A stretch of DNA of 64,000 nt from Phoronis australis. Its lineage: Eukaryota > Animalia > Phoronida. Of the stretch, positions 52,734 through 64,000 are shown piece by piece. The translations under genes were made by a program, and so were the position numbers. The DNA lies in contig NMRA01000695.1 in the NCBI GenBank assembly GCA_002633005.1, forward strand, positions 1 to 64,000, read 5' to 3'. The notes beneath the pieces are model-generated. The model ran no database searches, was not told where the DNA came from, and saw only the letters and a list, made by a program, of their open reading frames with translations. Position 1 is the stretch's first letter; each line of letters begins with the position of its first letter.

Positions 52734-54223
52734 CTAACCGTTACCCGTGCGAAAGTTTCGCACGGGTAACAGCTAGTGGGAAACGCTGAGAGGAAATAGC
52801 TACACCTAAGAATTAACCGATCGAGTGTTCATCGCGCTGAGAGGCAGGTATACTTCTTGAAGAGACCGTGTTCAAAGCTTCAAGCAGAATTTCTGTCACC
52901 TGTCAGATTTTAGTTGGCAATGAATGTGTGCGGCTGTGGGATTCTTCCCCTAGGTAGTACAAATTTCTTTCCAGACATTTGACCCTGCGTAACACAAAGT
53001 ACGGTAATCAAATATTCTGCAGTTTAAAGTTAAAACTAAGAATGCATTTAAAATATTGTACAGTACACAAAGTATATAGATGTCAGTGGCGGATGTAGAG
53101 GGGGGTCATGCCCCCCATAAAATTCTCCCAGCTTCCATTTGGCAGTTCGGGGGTGCGAATGTCTGAAGGGCAAAATTCTGGCTAATACTCTATTAGTGCC
53201 GTCCCCCCTACTCAAAATCCTGGATCCGCCCCTGGATGTATTTACAAAAGTTGCATCATAAATGTACGTAGCCTACTGAGGTAGAAAGAAGCCAGCTACC
53301 TGTATGAAAACTGTCGTCAACATACAGCTAGATAGCCGTGTGTAGAGCTCTGTTAGTAGACACCGAAATTTCACACAACCCAGGTGCTCAGCTTGTCACC
53401 TTGTCATGAAACATAGAGCTAACAACCTGCAAGGGTGCATGCAGAATCTGAGAATTAATCGACATTCACAGTGCCCGTTACAGCCGTTTATAGAAGTAAA
53501 CAAAATCTAATAAACATTATTTTTCGTAATTCTCCGCCTTTTGGAACAAGGGAAAATCCTGCCGTTGTTTTGAAAACAGTGCAATCTCGTGACACGCGCA
53601 CGTACGCGCCATTTCCCAAAACTTTGCAATATCTCTTGAGTATTTTCTGAAATTGTTTTTTTTTTTTTTGGGGTATTGAAATAGTAAAAACTTGTAGCGA
53701 AATGAAACCACTTCCGATTGTTATGACATGTACGCAACCTACACAGTTGATTGAAGAACATGGAAATTGGCCCGACAGGTGACGCAATGGCGCCCAAAGA
53801 GCGCATTGCAACAATTTTAGCAGCTGAATAACTGAAGAACGCCAATTTTCCAACACCCGGGTAAATAATTTAGTTTACTCAAGGAAGAGTAAAAATTGTT
53901 CCATGAGGCATCATTAATTTTGGTGGCTACAAGCTCGATGAATATACGCGACAAAAGCCGGGAGGAGTGAAATTAAGCCGACAAAGTGACGTCACCCATG
54001 CCTTTGAGCCGACCGACTGACGTCACCAAGACCAGTACAAAACTGGCCACCCTCCCTCCGCGTCCGCGATAAAACGGCCCGCGAGAAAAAATAGAATACC
54101 TCGAATCCAAATAGGGGGCTGGTGCAGTACCTGCGACCAAGGCGGTGCTGAAACGGGTGCAACGAAGGTCTCGTGGAGCGGGGGAGACGGAGTTTGTGCA
54201 AACGACGCATTTTATATAATAGA
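52734..54223 (-). mobile_element. Non-autonomous Helitron
   Basis: Minus strand begins A|TCTATTATATAAAATGCG at 54223 and ends with the hairpin GTTACCCGTGCGAAA-C-TTTCGCACGGGTAAC then TTAG|T (CTAG variant). A|T target and no TSD. Confidence 0.6.
53084..53234. mobile_element. hAT-like MITE with 5-bp TSD, nested in the Helitron
   Basis: CAGTGGCGGAT...ATCCGCCCCTG flanked by GATGT. Confidence 0.82.
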
Positions 54224-54735
54224 TGTTGCATACATTGTACTACTTATTGATAACTACTTGTGTTTGTTGCACAAGTTTATAGGGAAATAGGTTGCCTATT
54301 TGTATGAGTAAATTTCGTAGATATCAGGTACAAAAATCCAAATATGAAATTCTGCATCGTGTTTTTGATTCTTAATTGCCTTTTTGTTAATTTTTTAGTT
54401 CATTAAAAAATTATTAGTTACACATTATTTCACTTATCATTCTCGCTTCAAATAATGAAAATGCACATTTCTTCATGTGTAGTACTATTCCAATCATTTG
54501 TCTTGTAACTGTCTTTTTAAATATTGCATAAGATTTTAAACATGGCTGTTGCCTGCCTGGCTTTTCAAACATTGCTCAACATTTCCAAACATGGGTGCAA
54601 AATATTTCAAATGTGGTGCAAGATGGTTCAAAACTAGCCCCATGTTTGAATACATGCTGGGAGAACACTGTATAGCGAAGTTGCACTGTGTTTGTAGTTT
54701 TCAACCACTAAAGGGAAAGTTTTTCTGTATTGCAG

Positions 54736-54786
54736 GATGGTATATATACCAATCAACGCCTGGTGCACACGACTACATCTCTTATT
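54736..54786 (+). CDS. ATXN2: ATXN2 exon
   Basis: DGIYTNQRLVHTTTSLI, the start of the LSm domain. Confidence 0.88.
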
Positions 54787-57700
54787 GTAAGTTTCTGCCG
54801 CCATGATGGTGGCCACCTCTTCATACTAGGTCTTTGGAAATTGTGTGACATGTCAAAAGATTAGTTGGAGTTAAGAATGCAACTAGCAATGACCTTGTTT
54901 AACTAGACACTGGAATTGCTGATTTGGAAATCAATCATCCAGTTTAAACAAAGTCAGTTCTTTACTGAGCTGCGGTTTCCGGAGTTCAGGGGCCTGTTCC
55001 AAGAAACTGACTCAAGTTCATTTTTTACTTAAGTTTAAGATTTGTTTTAACTTCCAAACTTTGAAACTGCCACATTCGGTAAGTTAGTTAAAATTAAGAC
55101 AAAACTTATGTCAAACACTTTAGGGCTGTTCCAGTAAAATCCGTGTGGGAGGGGGGGGACGGCAGTAGAAATAAAAATTCATGGGTGGTGGTCTTCAGAA
55201 AAAAACACAAATTATGGGTGGTCGTTCCTGTAAGAAGTGATGCATTAAAAATGGGTGGTATTTTTTGACCTGTTACTGTTGACAGGTTGGTTACTTCAGC
55301 CCTCAAAACTCAAAAAAATCCAATACAGAAAAGCCCATATTGCTAGTGAACAGAGTGCAATATGTTCACTAAGCCATTAATCAAGTCATGGGCAACTTGA
55401 TTTGAGCCAACTGCTTGTCTGCAGTCCTATTGAATTGAAAAGTTATGCAACACTAAACTGGTGTTAACACATACAAGAAAATTGATGATTTTTAAATAAA
55501 AAGTATGAGGAGTAAGATAAACAAGTTCCAATATTCACTTGACATAGAAGTATAAAAGAGTTCGTGGAGACAGTTTGAGATTCATAGATCCTTATAATTG
55601 AAAAAATGTTCATTGAAATTATAGACACATGGTGAACAGAGACACCTGGTGGCTGCCAAAAGTATTGCTCGCAGGCTACTTTAGTTTTTGACAATGTTGG
55701 TTCTGGTCTGTCAATCATCTAAGTTCTTAACAGGTCCTCCTGGAGGCAATTTGTTTGCAAGTGTTGGATTTTATATTTTAACCTATTAAAAATAATTAAA
55801 AAATTATGGGTCATGGGTTGGAGAAATAAATGAAAATTATGGGCGGTGGGTACGAAATAAAAGTGCCTTCCCCCCCCTCCCATACAGATTTTGCTGGAAC
55901 AGCCCTTAGTCAAACTTAGATCTCTTTCTTGAATTTGTTTTGAGACAAATTTTACTTTTATTTTAAAATTTACTGAAATTTAAGATTTGTCTTGGCTAAG
56001 TCAGTTTTGTTGGAACGGGCACCATATCTTGCGTCAATCATTAACCAGGCAATCGCTTGCCAAAGTCCAATGGGGAAAGCTGTGACGAGTTTTCTTCTTG
56101 TTGGTTAACTTCCGCAACCCTGCGACAAAACTTGTTTTTCCACTTATACGACCATAAGCCCAATCTTCTCCAAGGTGGATGGACACTGTGTTGGACATTT
56201 TAGAGCAGGGTGCTGTATAACCCTGTATTTTACTAGCTGCTGTCCATGAAGGCGAGATTTGGTTGAGCTTGTTTCATTTTAATGGAGTTAACTGAATATG
56301 GAAGTTTTTAGATACATCGAAACTCTTTGCAAGGAATGGTGTCACCTTTTGTCTATTTTAGGGAACTGTGGTGCAGGTTCAAGTCAAGAATGGAACTATT
56401 TATGAAGGAGTTTTAAAAACTTTCTCATCTAAGGTAGGAAATTCACAATTTCAAACTACTTGTTGCTAATGAAACGGGCTATGTGGTGTAGTTTATCTTA
56501 TTGTTTTGGTGTATTGTTCATTTATTACCTATTTATTAAAGAAACAAAATGTATTTGTACTTCCACATTTGATGCAATTTCCGTATTTTGTTAAAATTTG
56601 AGTATGAAAACTAACTTTTGCTTTTGAATTATGCAGAGTGTTATGGTTGATCGTGGGCCCACTCTGGTCCAGCTGAATTTAAAGTCTTCTGTACATAAGT
56701 ATTGATTTTGTGAGAATATTTTGTCATTAATGAGGGGAACAGTGAATAAAGGACCAAAGCAGGCCATGAGATTTATAGCCACTTAAAACTCTGTTTATTT
56801 GTAAGGTTCTCCATTATTAAAAAGGAGGTAGAATTGTGTTAATCCATGCGCTGCAGCTGTGAAGGTAGTCATCTCATTACGTTGGGGGTTTAGACCTTCC
56901 CCCAAAATTGTTTTGTTTCCTGCAGTTACAAAATATCTTAATTGTACATATAAAGTCCTTGTCAGTATTAGATACTTTGCCAGCGTCTGGTGAAGACGAA
57001 GAATTTTCTTCTAATTCGAATTCTTGCCAATGATAACGACACTGAAGTTTTTCATTTCAATTCATAGTACAGTGTTCTCCACAAATTCATGTATGTGCTC
57101 GAAAGTCCATGGTCATATTGTTTGGAATTTGCTTAAGAAATGACTCATCTTCCAATACTTCAAACTCCTTGCATAGGTTTTTCAAACTCGACACAAGTAA
57201 GCCAAACTCACCATTGCAAAATTCAAACTTGACGCGATATCAAGTCAAAACAGGTTGTGGATAACACTGCATTATCAACAATCTATTTTAGTTGGGCAGT
57301 AAGTAAATCTTTTCTTTTTGTAAGTTAAAGTCTGCCTCGAAAGTTAACATGTGCAAATTTTGCTGTTAAACGTCTTCGCATTGTGACTTGTGTCACTTCA
57401 AAACATTGAACTGAAAATGTAATAAACGGTTCGATTGTACTGTCCCATGCTCAAAGCATGTGCTACGTCATCACAAGAAGTCAAACAACAGCAAAGTGGT
57501 GAACATGTGTAGGACATTCCTAGTTCTATAAATCGAGGAAATCAAATTACCCAACCCAAAGTCAAGTTGCCTAGTTTATAAATGGCATGCTTTTCAAGAC
57601 TCAAAAATCCGGTTTCAGTTGTGCAGCCAACAGAGTTTCTGCCAAAGATTGATCAAATTGTTTGCTTGTTGGGCAGATGTCGCCAGCAATTCAGCCAGAT

Positions 57701-60700
57701 TTTCGAAGTATCTAATCATAGCAAGAGAATGTGCTTTTTTCATGCCGAAAAGTTCCTCACAAAGCTGTCGACTTGCGCATCACACATTGACGGAAATTCA
57801 AAAACCTATCAAGGTCTCTGGAGCCATACTGTCCTTGAGTGCGGGTGCAGTCTTTATGCACATCTATTCTCTTTGACCTAGTGACCTGGTTTAGAAAAGT
57901 CGCATGCACTCGGCAATTAAATGCTGATGCTGTGGTGACTATATGCGCGCATTCAGAACGTGCGGAGCCATAAGGCAAGGTGGAAATAAAGTTTAATGGG
58001 AATATTCTCTTACAGGGGTCTTGCATTTGTAGAACCAGTTTTCTCCACGGAATAACTAACATCAAACTGGTTCTCAAATCGCATGTCCGATGTAAGTGAC
58101 TATTGTCTTTTTATGGGTGTGGCAACTTTAAGTGGTCAGTTGAGCTTGCTGCGAGTGTTATACTGAAAAAAGTGACCACATTACGTGGTTGAAAGTCTTT
58201 ATGCTTTTAATTTACCTGAATATATAGTGAGTCAGTATTAAACCTGAAGATGGTATTCATTGAAACTGAAGCATTCTGTTTTTGCAGATGGACATTGTGT
58301 TGGACGTTGCTCACAAAGTAGAAGAACCTTGGAATGGACAATCGCCAATGCCCTCTCTAGAGCGACTCAACACAGTCATTTTCAACCTCCCTGATATTGT
58401 GACTATGACAGCGATTGGTGTAGATCTGAATTATGCAACAAAAGGTACACCCTTCATTACCAGGTCACTTAGATTGTATCTTTGTCCATAAACTTGCCTG
58501 TGGATAAATGGCGCATAATCTTCGCGATAACAAATCATGCTGCTAATTAGGAATTCATGAAGACATCAGATGTGAGATCAAGGCTTCAAATTTTTGTTAA
58601 TGTCCTGTGATGATCTGTGAGCTTAGTAGATCTGTGCTCAGGAATCTGCTAAGTTTCAAATTTTAATTCTTGTTTCCAGACATTGTTTCCTCTTTTAAAT
58701 CAGTAATAATAATCCTTGTCTTGAAGCGCCGTCATGTTATTAATTGTAAACCTAGTGTTGTATCAATTTTCAGATAGTTTCACAGACACGGCCATCTCTG
58801 GCAGTCAGAATGGACTTGTGCAGGATGCACCACTTAAAGAGCTAGAACCGTGGTTGGCCGAAGGGGACGACAGTCACTTTATGTTGGACGATGGCAACTC
58901 GGTTAGTCTTTCTGTTGATTCTGTGTAAAGGTCGGATGTCTTAATCTCGGCTAATGATCACTTGCCTATTTATGTGAGGGAATATTATAATGTTGCCTTA
59001 TTTGCATGGTAAAAATTCTCCAGTTAGGGCCAGTCTCTAAAACTTTGAAATACAGGAGTCCAATCAGAAATTGAATTTTCTTGATTCTGTAGATTGAGAC
59101 ATGGTCGATTTTGATGTTCATCATTTTGCTAAAATTCCGAAGACTGCGTTTTGTATCAAAAGGAGTCTGAAAAAAGACTTTAGATGAATTATCTTTTGTC
59201 ATGGATAGTAGTTCTTGAGCTTGGGATGAAAAATATTGCATATTTTTAAGATTTGGTACAAGCTCTGACATTGAGAAAAGTTTTCACTGTCCCAAACTTG
59301 AGAATTTTCATTGTTAGTGGACAATTGTGTAACTGCTTTTCGGTGTTGATGTTTTATTTTCCATGGCTCAAGTATGCTATGCATAAAAATGTGTTGTATA
59401 GGGTTACAAGTTGTGTTTGTTGAGCTGTATTATTTTGTTTTGCTTTGTTTAGAACGGCTGGGCTGCTGACGAGATGTTCAAGAGAAATGAAGAGAAATTC
59501 AATGTGAAAACACTATACGACGACTCATTAGAACAATACACGTACGTTGGTGTTTCAGTTAGGTTACATTGATGATTGTTATGCCGAGTTTTCTTAGTGC
59601 ATGTCGCATTTGTATCCTGTACTCAGTGTTGATCAATTTGTTTAAACACACGTAGCTTTCAGTTTTGACATTCAGTTATATGAACCGATTCTGTCGTTAA
59701 GATTATGCAGGACATTAGAAACGAATCCGTACGTTGAACAAAATGTGAAACAAGTTCAATTACGCAAAATTATACATTCTGTAGAATTTTATTTTTTACT
59801 CTGGGCCTTTCTGCCATTAATTAGATCACGTGACCATTCTTATTTATACTGGCAGTTGACACATTTTCATCACTCTTTCAAATGAACACCCGCAATTTTT
59901 TCTCAGACTTTTTGTTTTTTAGTTATCCGACTTTCAGTTTAAAAAATGCAGAATTTGAAATTTTGTGGAATTTTGTGATGCTACTGTGTGAGATAGAATT
60001 TTGGACGGTCTTTCAGAAGAATTTTTTCCATTTTTTGGTAGAACGTCTTTTTCGAATTGTTCAGGATTTTCTGATGACGCTGTTCCCTTGTTGATTGATT
60101 TTTGCTGCACATTTTTTGGTTTACCTTCTATTGAACAAGACCATACTTCTTACTAATTTCAGACATCTTCATTGCCATTTATCATTCAACATTCTTTTCA
60201 GTCAATTTCTCCAAGTGTCGCTCCTCCGAGCACTTTCATTCCGTTAGTTCGCTTTTCAGGACACCACTGGAAGTGAAGGATACTAAAGAGTACCGTCAAC
60301 TGGAGCGGCGTGCTGAACAATTAGCAATGGAGATTGAGAAGTCTGACAGTTACAGAAGACAGGTGGCGCTAGAGAACGATGATATGGATGAGGAGGACAA
60401 GTATAGTGCTGTGGTGCGTCCAGGGGAGTCCTCGGGGCCACAGGGCAACGGAAAGTAAGTAGGGTCGAGGCAGCAATGGGGATGGGGCTCTGCACTAGTG
60501 CGAGTGTGGTATAGGAGTATAGTTATGGCTTGGTTAAGTCTCTAGTGATGTTGCCATGGTTGCGGTGGATAGTAATTTAGTAAATGGTAGTAAAATGGCG
60601 ATTGAAAACTACCGCTTCAGGTACGACATGTTTGTTGAAACCTTGTAATTGGTCGTTATGAAGTGTAGATAAAGTGCAGTGTTGAACAGCATTACAAAGA

Positions 60701-63700
60701 TTTTATCTCGTACTGCGTGCAAACAGTTGTTGGATTTTTTCCATCTTATGTTCATTCTAGGTATGTACCACCTCACTTGCGGAATCCCCGTGCTGCACGT
60801 TCTGCAGGACGTGGCTCTCCTCAGGGCACTCCTCCTCGTTCACATAATTTGCACAGCCGACCGCAACCATCACAGCGCCAACAAGCTCCGTCTCCTGTGG
60901 ATGAGAGCAGACTTAATGGAGGTTTGTATAGCATGGTTCTTAATTTTATAGGTGTGTGACAGGTGCTTGCTTGATTTCTAGTCTGATTGAGTCTGGCGGT
61001 GTAGAATGATATCAGGCCTAAGAGTAGTGTTACTTTGTGTTAGTGTCCTCTTGGTGCAGGTGGAATTATGTTGGTCCTTGATTTCACCTTGACAAACTTA
61101 TGGTGTGAAATCTTGTTAATGATGAACATAACAGAATTGGTAGATTTCGCTATTTTGATTCATCATAACACCAAATCAGTTGGTGTTGCATAGATGTTAA
61201 AGCTTAACGTTCAGGGGTATCGTAAATACTTGCCAATCGGTATTCGACCCCCCCCCCCATAAGTCTTGGATCACTTTTATGTACATACAGCTTAGGTACA
61301 TTTCTGGGAGAAGAAATGTAGACTACCCTTCGGAAAAAGTACGCTGGGACTGACTCGCTCCACAGTACTCATTTGCAATTTTGCTGGTGTTTCACTTTAT
61401 ATTAACTTATTTCAGAAAAAGAAGAGAAAAAACAAGAATCGAGTTCAGAAAACCAGATGGCAGACCCTCTAAGGACGCATCAACCACCGACGGCAGTATT
61501 AAAGGAAGAGAGCAAGGCCCCTGTGCCTTTAAAAAGTGGTGCGTTTATATCCAATTCTGAAATAACTCTACAGTTAGACTACGGTATTAGGCCAGGTTGA
61601 CAATCATGTTCAGCTTAACGCTCACCTGAAATTTGCAAATTTTCATTTTTGAATGGTTGTGGTCGGCTTAACGTCTACCCCCAGCTTATATGATGGAGAC
61701 TTTCTTAAAAGTGCCGTTGTCTCTGAGAACATGTGTCTTGAAATAATTTCAGCCTAAAATGTGTGCATTTGGCTTGTGGTAGTAAGTGTTAAGTTTCAGC
61801 GGCACTTCACAGTATTATGGTGGTTTTACATGAGGAGACCTGTCATGAAAAGGAATGATGTCTGTGCCTTGTAATAGGTGATTTTGAAGGGAAATCTTGT
61901 CCGTCACGGTCACTACCTTTTTCCACCTGAACTTGAATGAATAGTATTGTACATTGTGCATGTACAGGTTAGTGAAGTGAATCGGCACTATACTTAATCA
62001 TCCGATGGTCACATACCAATGTTGTGTAAGTCATTGGTTGTTCTTGTTTATGCTATTTAGAAATTTTGTGTGTTATTTTTGTAGGTAGAGATACTGCATT
62101 AGTAAAAGAATTGCATGAATTCAAATCAAACTTTAAGGTGAGTTAACTGGCGTCTGCTCTTGTTGACACTGAAAGCATTATGTATGAAGTTCGTGTCAAA
62201 CGCAGGTGGATAGAGAGACTTATTAGGGCTTAATCAGGGCTTGGAATTTTCCGCGGAAACGCGGATTTCCGCTTTTTTTCAAATGTTCTGTCCGGGCATT
62301 TTATTATATTTCCGCGTAAAAAAATTGGATTTGATATAAAATTTCCGCAGCAAATTCCTTTCTTACCGTGGCTTTGCCGACGACGTTCGCCTCGAAAAGC
62401 GGAAGTTGCTTTTTATGTTTCGGAGGAACGTAAATTGTCAACATTGCCGGGGCATCTGGGATAGCGTGGTGGGATTTTCAATGGCGACTTGTGTGATTGG
62501 AAACCGCGGTGACAAATACTACGGCTCCACAGCCAAAAATGTGTGGGGGTGGGAGTGGACGGACCTCCTAAAGGGACGCAGATGCATGCTACTGATGGTG
62601 GTAACGTTTTCTTTTTTGTTTTGTTTTTTTTTTAGTCCTCCCGACTTTTGTCGGCGAAAGGCTCACATCGACTATTTGAAAGCTGGATAGCGCGCGTGTT
62701 TTAGGCCGTAACAGTTTACGCGTTTTTTGTCATTGATCATTCCAAGCCCTGTTAATGCAAAGGAGAACTGTTGGGAGTATCTGGAATGGGATGTAATTTC
62801 TCCAAATTGCAGTTAGCTTGTGCTGTTTCCTAGTTTTGTTGTTGAGTGTTTTTTTATGAACTTTAAAGCTGCATTTCGTACCGTTCAGCCAACTAAAAAT
62901 GAAAATCGAATTAACAGTGTTGTGTTGTTTCTTACCATGATATGATTATATTTTTATTACCAACAAAAACACTGATACCATTGGTGACTAAAGAAAGCGC
63001 TTCAGGGTTTATTGGGTCAGCCAACCCAAAAATTGCAAATTCGAAAATGGAGTATGTATGCACTGGCTGCGGAGTGGGTTGGTAATTTATCCTCCTGAAC
63101 TGAATTTGAACTCCTGGCATTGTACTGAATGGTGTTGTGTTGGGACTCTCGTCATTGGAGAGAAGGTGGGAGGTTTTTAGCCGCTTTGATGTGTTGCTCA
63201 TGAGACCGAGCATTTTTCAAAAATGCTGTGGTCCTACCAGTGCTCTAGAAAATCTCTTGATGGAACATTGTCTATTGATAAAAGCCATCCCTTTTATAGC
63301 TGTCGTCAGATGAGACGAATACAAAAACGGCAGAGGAGGAGACCAGTTCACTGCAGCCTAAAAAGACAGAACAAGATGCTGTGCCAACACAACAGCAAGT
63401 GCAACAAAGGGTTGCCTCTCCAAAGAGTTCTCCGCGGATGCAGGCCATGACACCCTCGGTGGAGAAAACGGAAGACAAACCTGCAGTCACGTTAGTATAA
63501 TTATGTCTTGCTCATGGAAGACGGCGACATTAGGCATTTTAAAAAGCTAGTTTGTTATAGTTTGTTTTTAAATACTAGTATCATTGAGAACGCAGCTGTT
63601 TGATTAATAGCTGGATATAACATGCGCGTATTTTGATTACCACTTTTCTCCATTGAATAACAGACATTAAGCTGGTTTTCATTCTATCTCGTTTCAGCTC

Positions 63701-64000
63701 ATTAGTTGTGGGTAATACCGTAATACATCTAGAGGAACCCGTGTTTCGACTTGAGTGGTGAACACGCACATTTACGAGACACTTGATCTCCTGTAGGAGC
63801 TTTCTTGTCTTCATGTTGACCACGTTACCATGTTGCGCAAGGGTGTGGGCGATCAGTTTCCATACATGGGGTGCAAATTTGTGTTTTTAATAGCCTTAAA
63901 TTGATTATGTGATTTTGTTTCTAGGCCCGTCATCAAAAGTACGCTTAATCCCGATGCTCCTGCATTTAACCCATCTAGCAAGTCGCTTGCACCAGTTGCC
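54736..64000 (+). CDS. ATXN2: Ataxin-2 (LSm, LsmAD, PAM2), partial; first exon(s) unresolved and 3' end outside the window
   Basis: Eleven phase-consistent GT-AG exons at 54736-54786, 56362-56433, 58288-58444, 58774-58901, 59453-59541, 60260-60454, 60761-60921, 61416-61538, 62085-62137, 63300-63490 and 63925-64000+. Confidence 0.93.
54989..56023. mobile_element. Older MITE hosting a Harbinger-type MITE
   Basis: GGGGCCTGTTCCAAGAAACTGACT vs rc GGTGCCCGTTCCAACAAAACTGACT. Confidence 0.6.
55123..55905. mobile_element. PIF/Harbinger-type MITE
   Basis: TIR GGGCTGTTCCAG(T/C)AAAATC..GGGAGGGGGGG, with TTA TSD on both sides. Confidence 0.85.
56362..56433 (+). CDS. ATXN2: ATXN2 exon (LSm)
   Basis: GTVVQVQVKNGTIYEGVLKTFSSK. 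Confidence 0.93.
57070..57269. mobile_element. Short hAT-like MITE
   Basis: CAGTGTTCTCCACAA / TTGTGGATAACACTG; TSD decayed. Confidence 0.55.
58288..58444 (+). CDS. ATXN2: ATXN2 exon (LSm)
   Basis: MDIVLDVAHKV...VDLNYATK. Confidence 0.92.
58774..58901 (+). CDS. ATXN2: ATXN2 exon
   Basis: DSFTDTAIS...KELEPW...LDDGNS. Confidence 0.92.
59453..59541 (+). CDS. ATXN2: ATXN2 exon (LsmAD)
   Basis: NGWAADEMFKRNEEKFNVKTLYDDSLEQYT. Confidence 0.93.
60260..60454 (+). CDS. ATXN2: ATXN2 exon (LsmAD)
   Basis: TPLE..RAEQLAMEIE..ENDD.DEEDKYSAVVR. Confidence 0.94.
60761..60921 (+). CDS. ATXN2: ATXN2 exon
   Basis: KYVPPHLRNPRAARSAGRGSP...RLNG. Confidence 0.88.
61416..61538 (+). CDS. ATXN2: ATXN2 exon (low complexity)
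   Basis: EKEEKKQESSSENQ...KAPVPLKS; phase 1 to 1, donor gtgcgt. Confidence 0.75.
62085..62137 (+). CDS. ATXN2: ATXN2 exon
   Basis: GRDTALVKELHEFKSNFK, matching the conserved L..F..xF.L motif. Confidence 0.85.
62235..62751. mobile_element. hAT-like MITE with 5-bp TSD
   Basis: CAGGGCTTGGAAT / ATTCCAAGCCCTG flanked by TTAAT. Confidence 0.85.
63300..63490 (+). CDS. ATXN2: ATXN2 exon (low complexity)
   Basis: LSSDETNTKTAEEET...EDKPAV; open, phase 0 to 2. Confidence 0.8.
63925..64000 (+). CDS. ATXN2: ATXN2 exon with PAM2 motif
   Basis: PVIKSTLNPDAPAFNPSSK. Confidence 0.9.

Overview
AT-rich animal (invertebrate-type) genomic DNA with spliceosomal introns and draft-assembly marks (single Ns at 40067 and 41579, N-gap 44997-45377). 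There are two divergently oriented host genes. MRM1 (mitochondrial SpoU rRNA methyltransferase) is on the minus strand with six coding exons at 27054-33502. ATXN2 (ataxin-2; LSm, LsmAD, PAM2) is on the plus strand with eleven reconstructed exons from 54736, running off the window end. The first ~26 kb is mobile DNA: Gypsy gag and pol, CR1, DUF6589-like, BEL/Pao and hAT remnants, plus two unusual structures. One is a ~13.7-kb mosaic (3850-17545) of shuffled modules joined at microhomologies, containing a P-loop NTPase, a Kolobok-like transposase piece and a ~288-bp tandem repeat that is a decayed OTU-protease exon with its intron. The other is a 4.6-kb element (18728-23331) with 109-bp TIRs and palindromic TCACATGTGA ends, carrying an intact two-exon vertnin-like OTU gene with catalytic Cys/His. 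Introns and intergenic DNA hold many MITEs (several with 5-bp TSDs), nested insertions and a non-autonomous Helitron. All family assignments come from motif recall by eye, not database searches.
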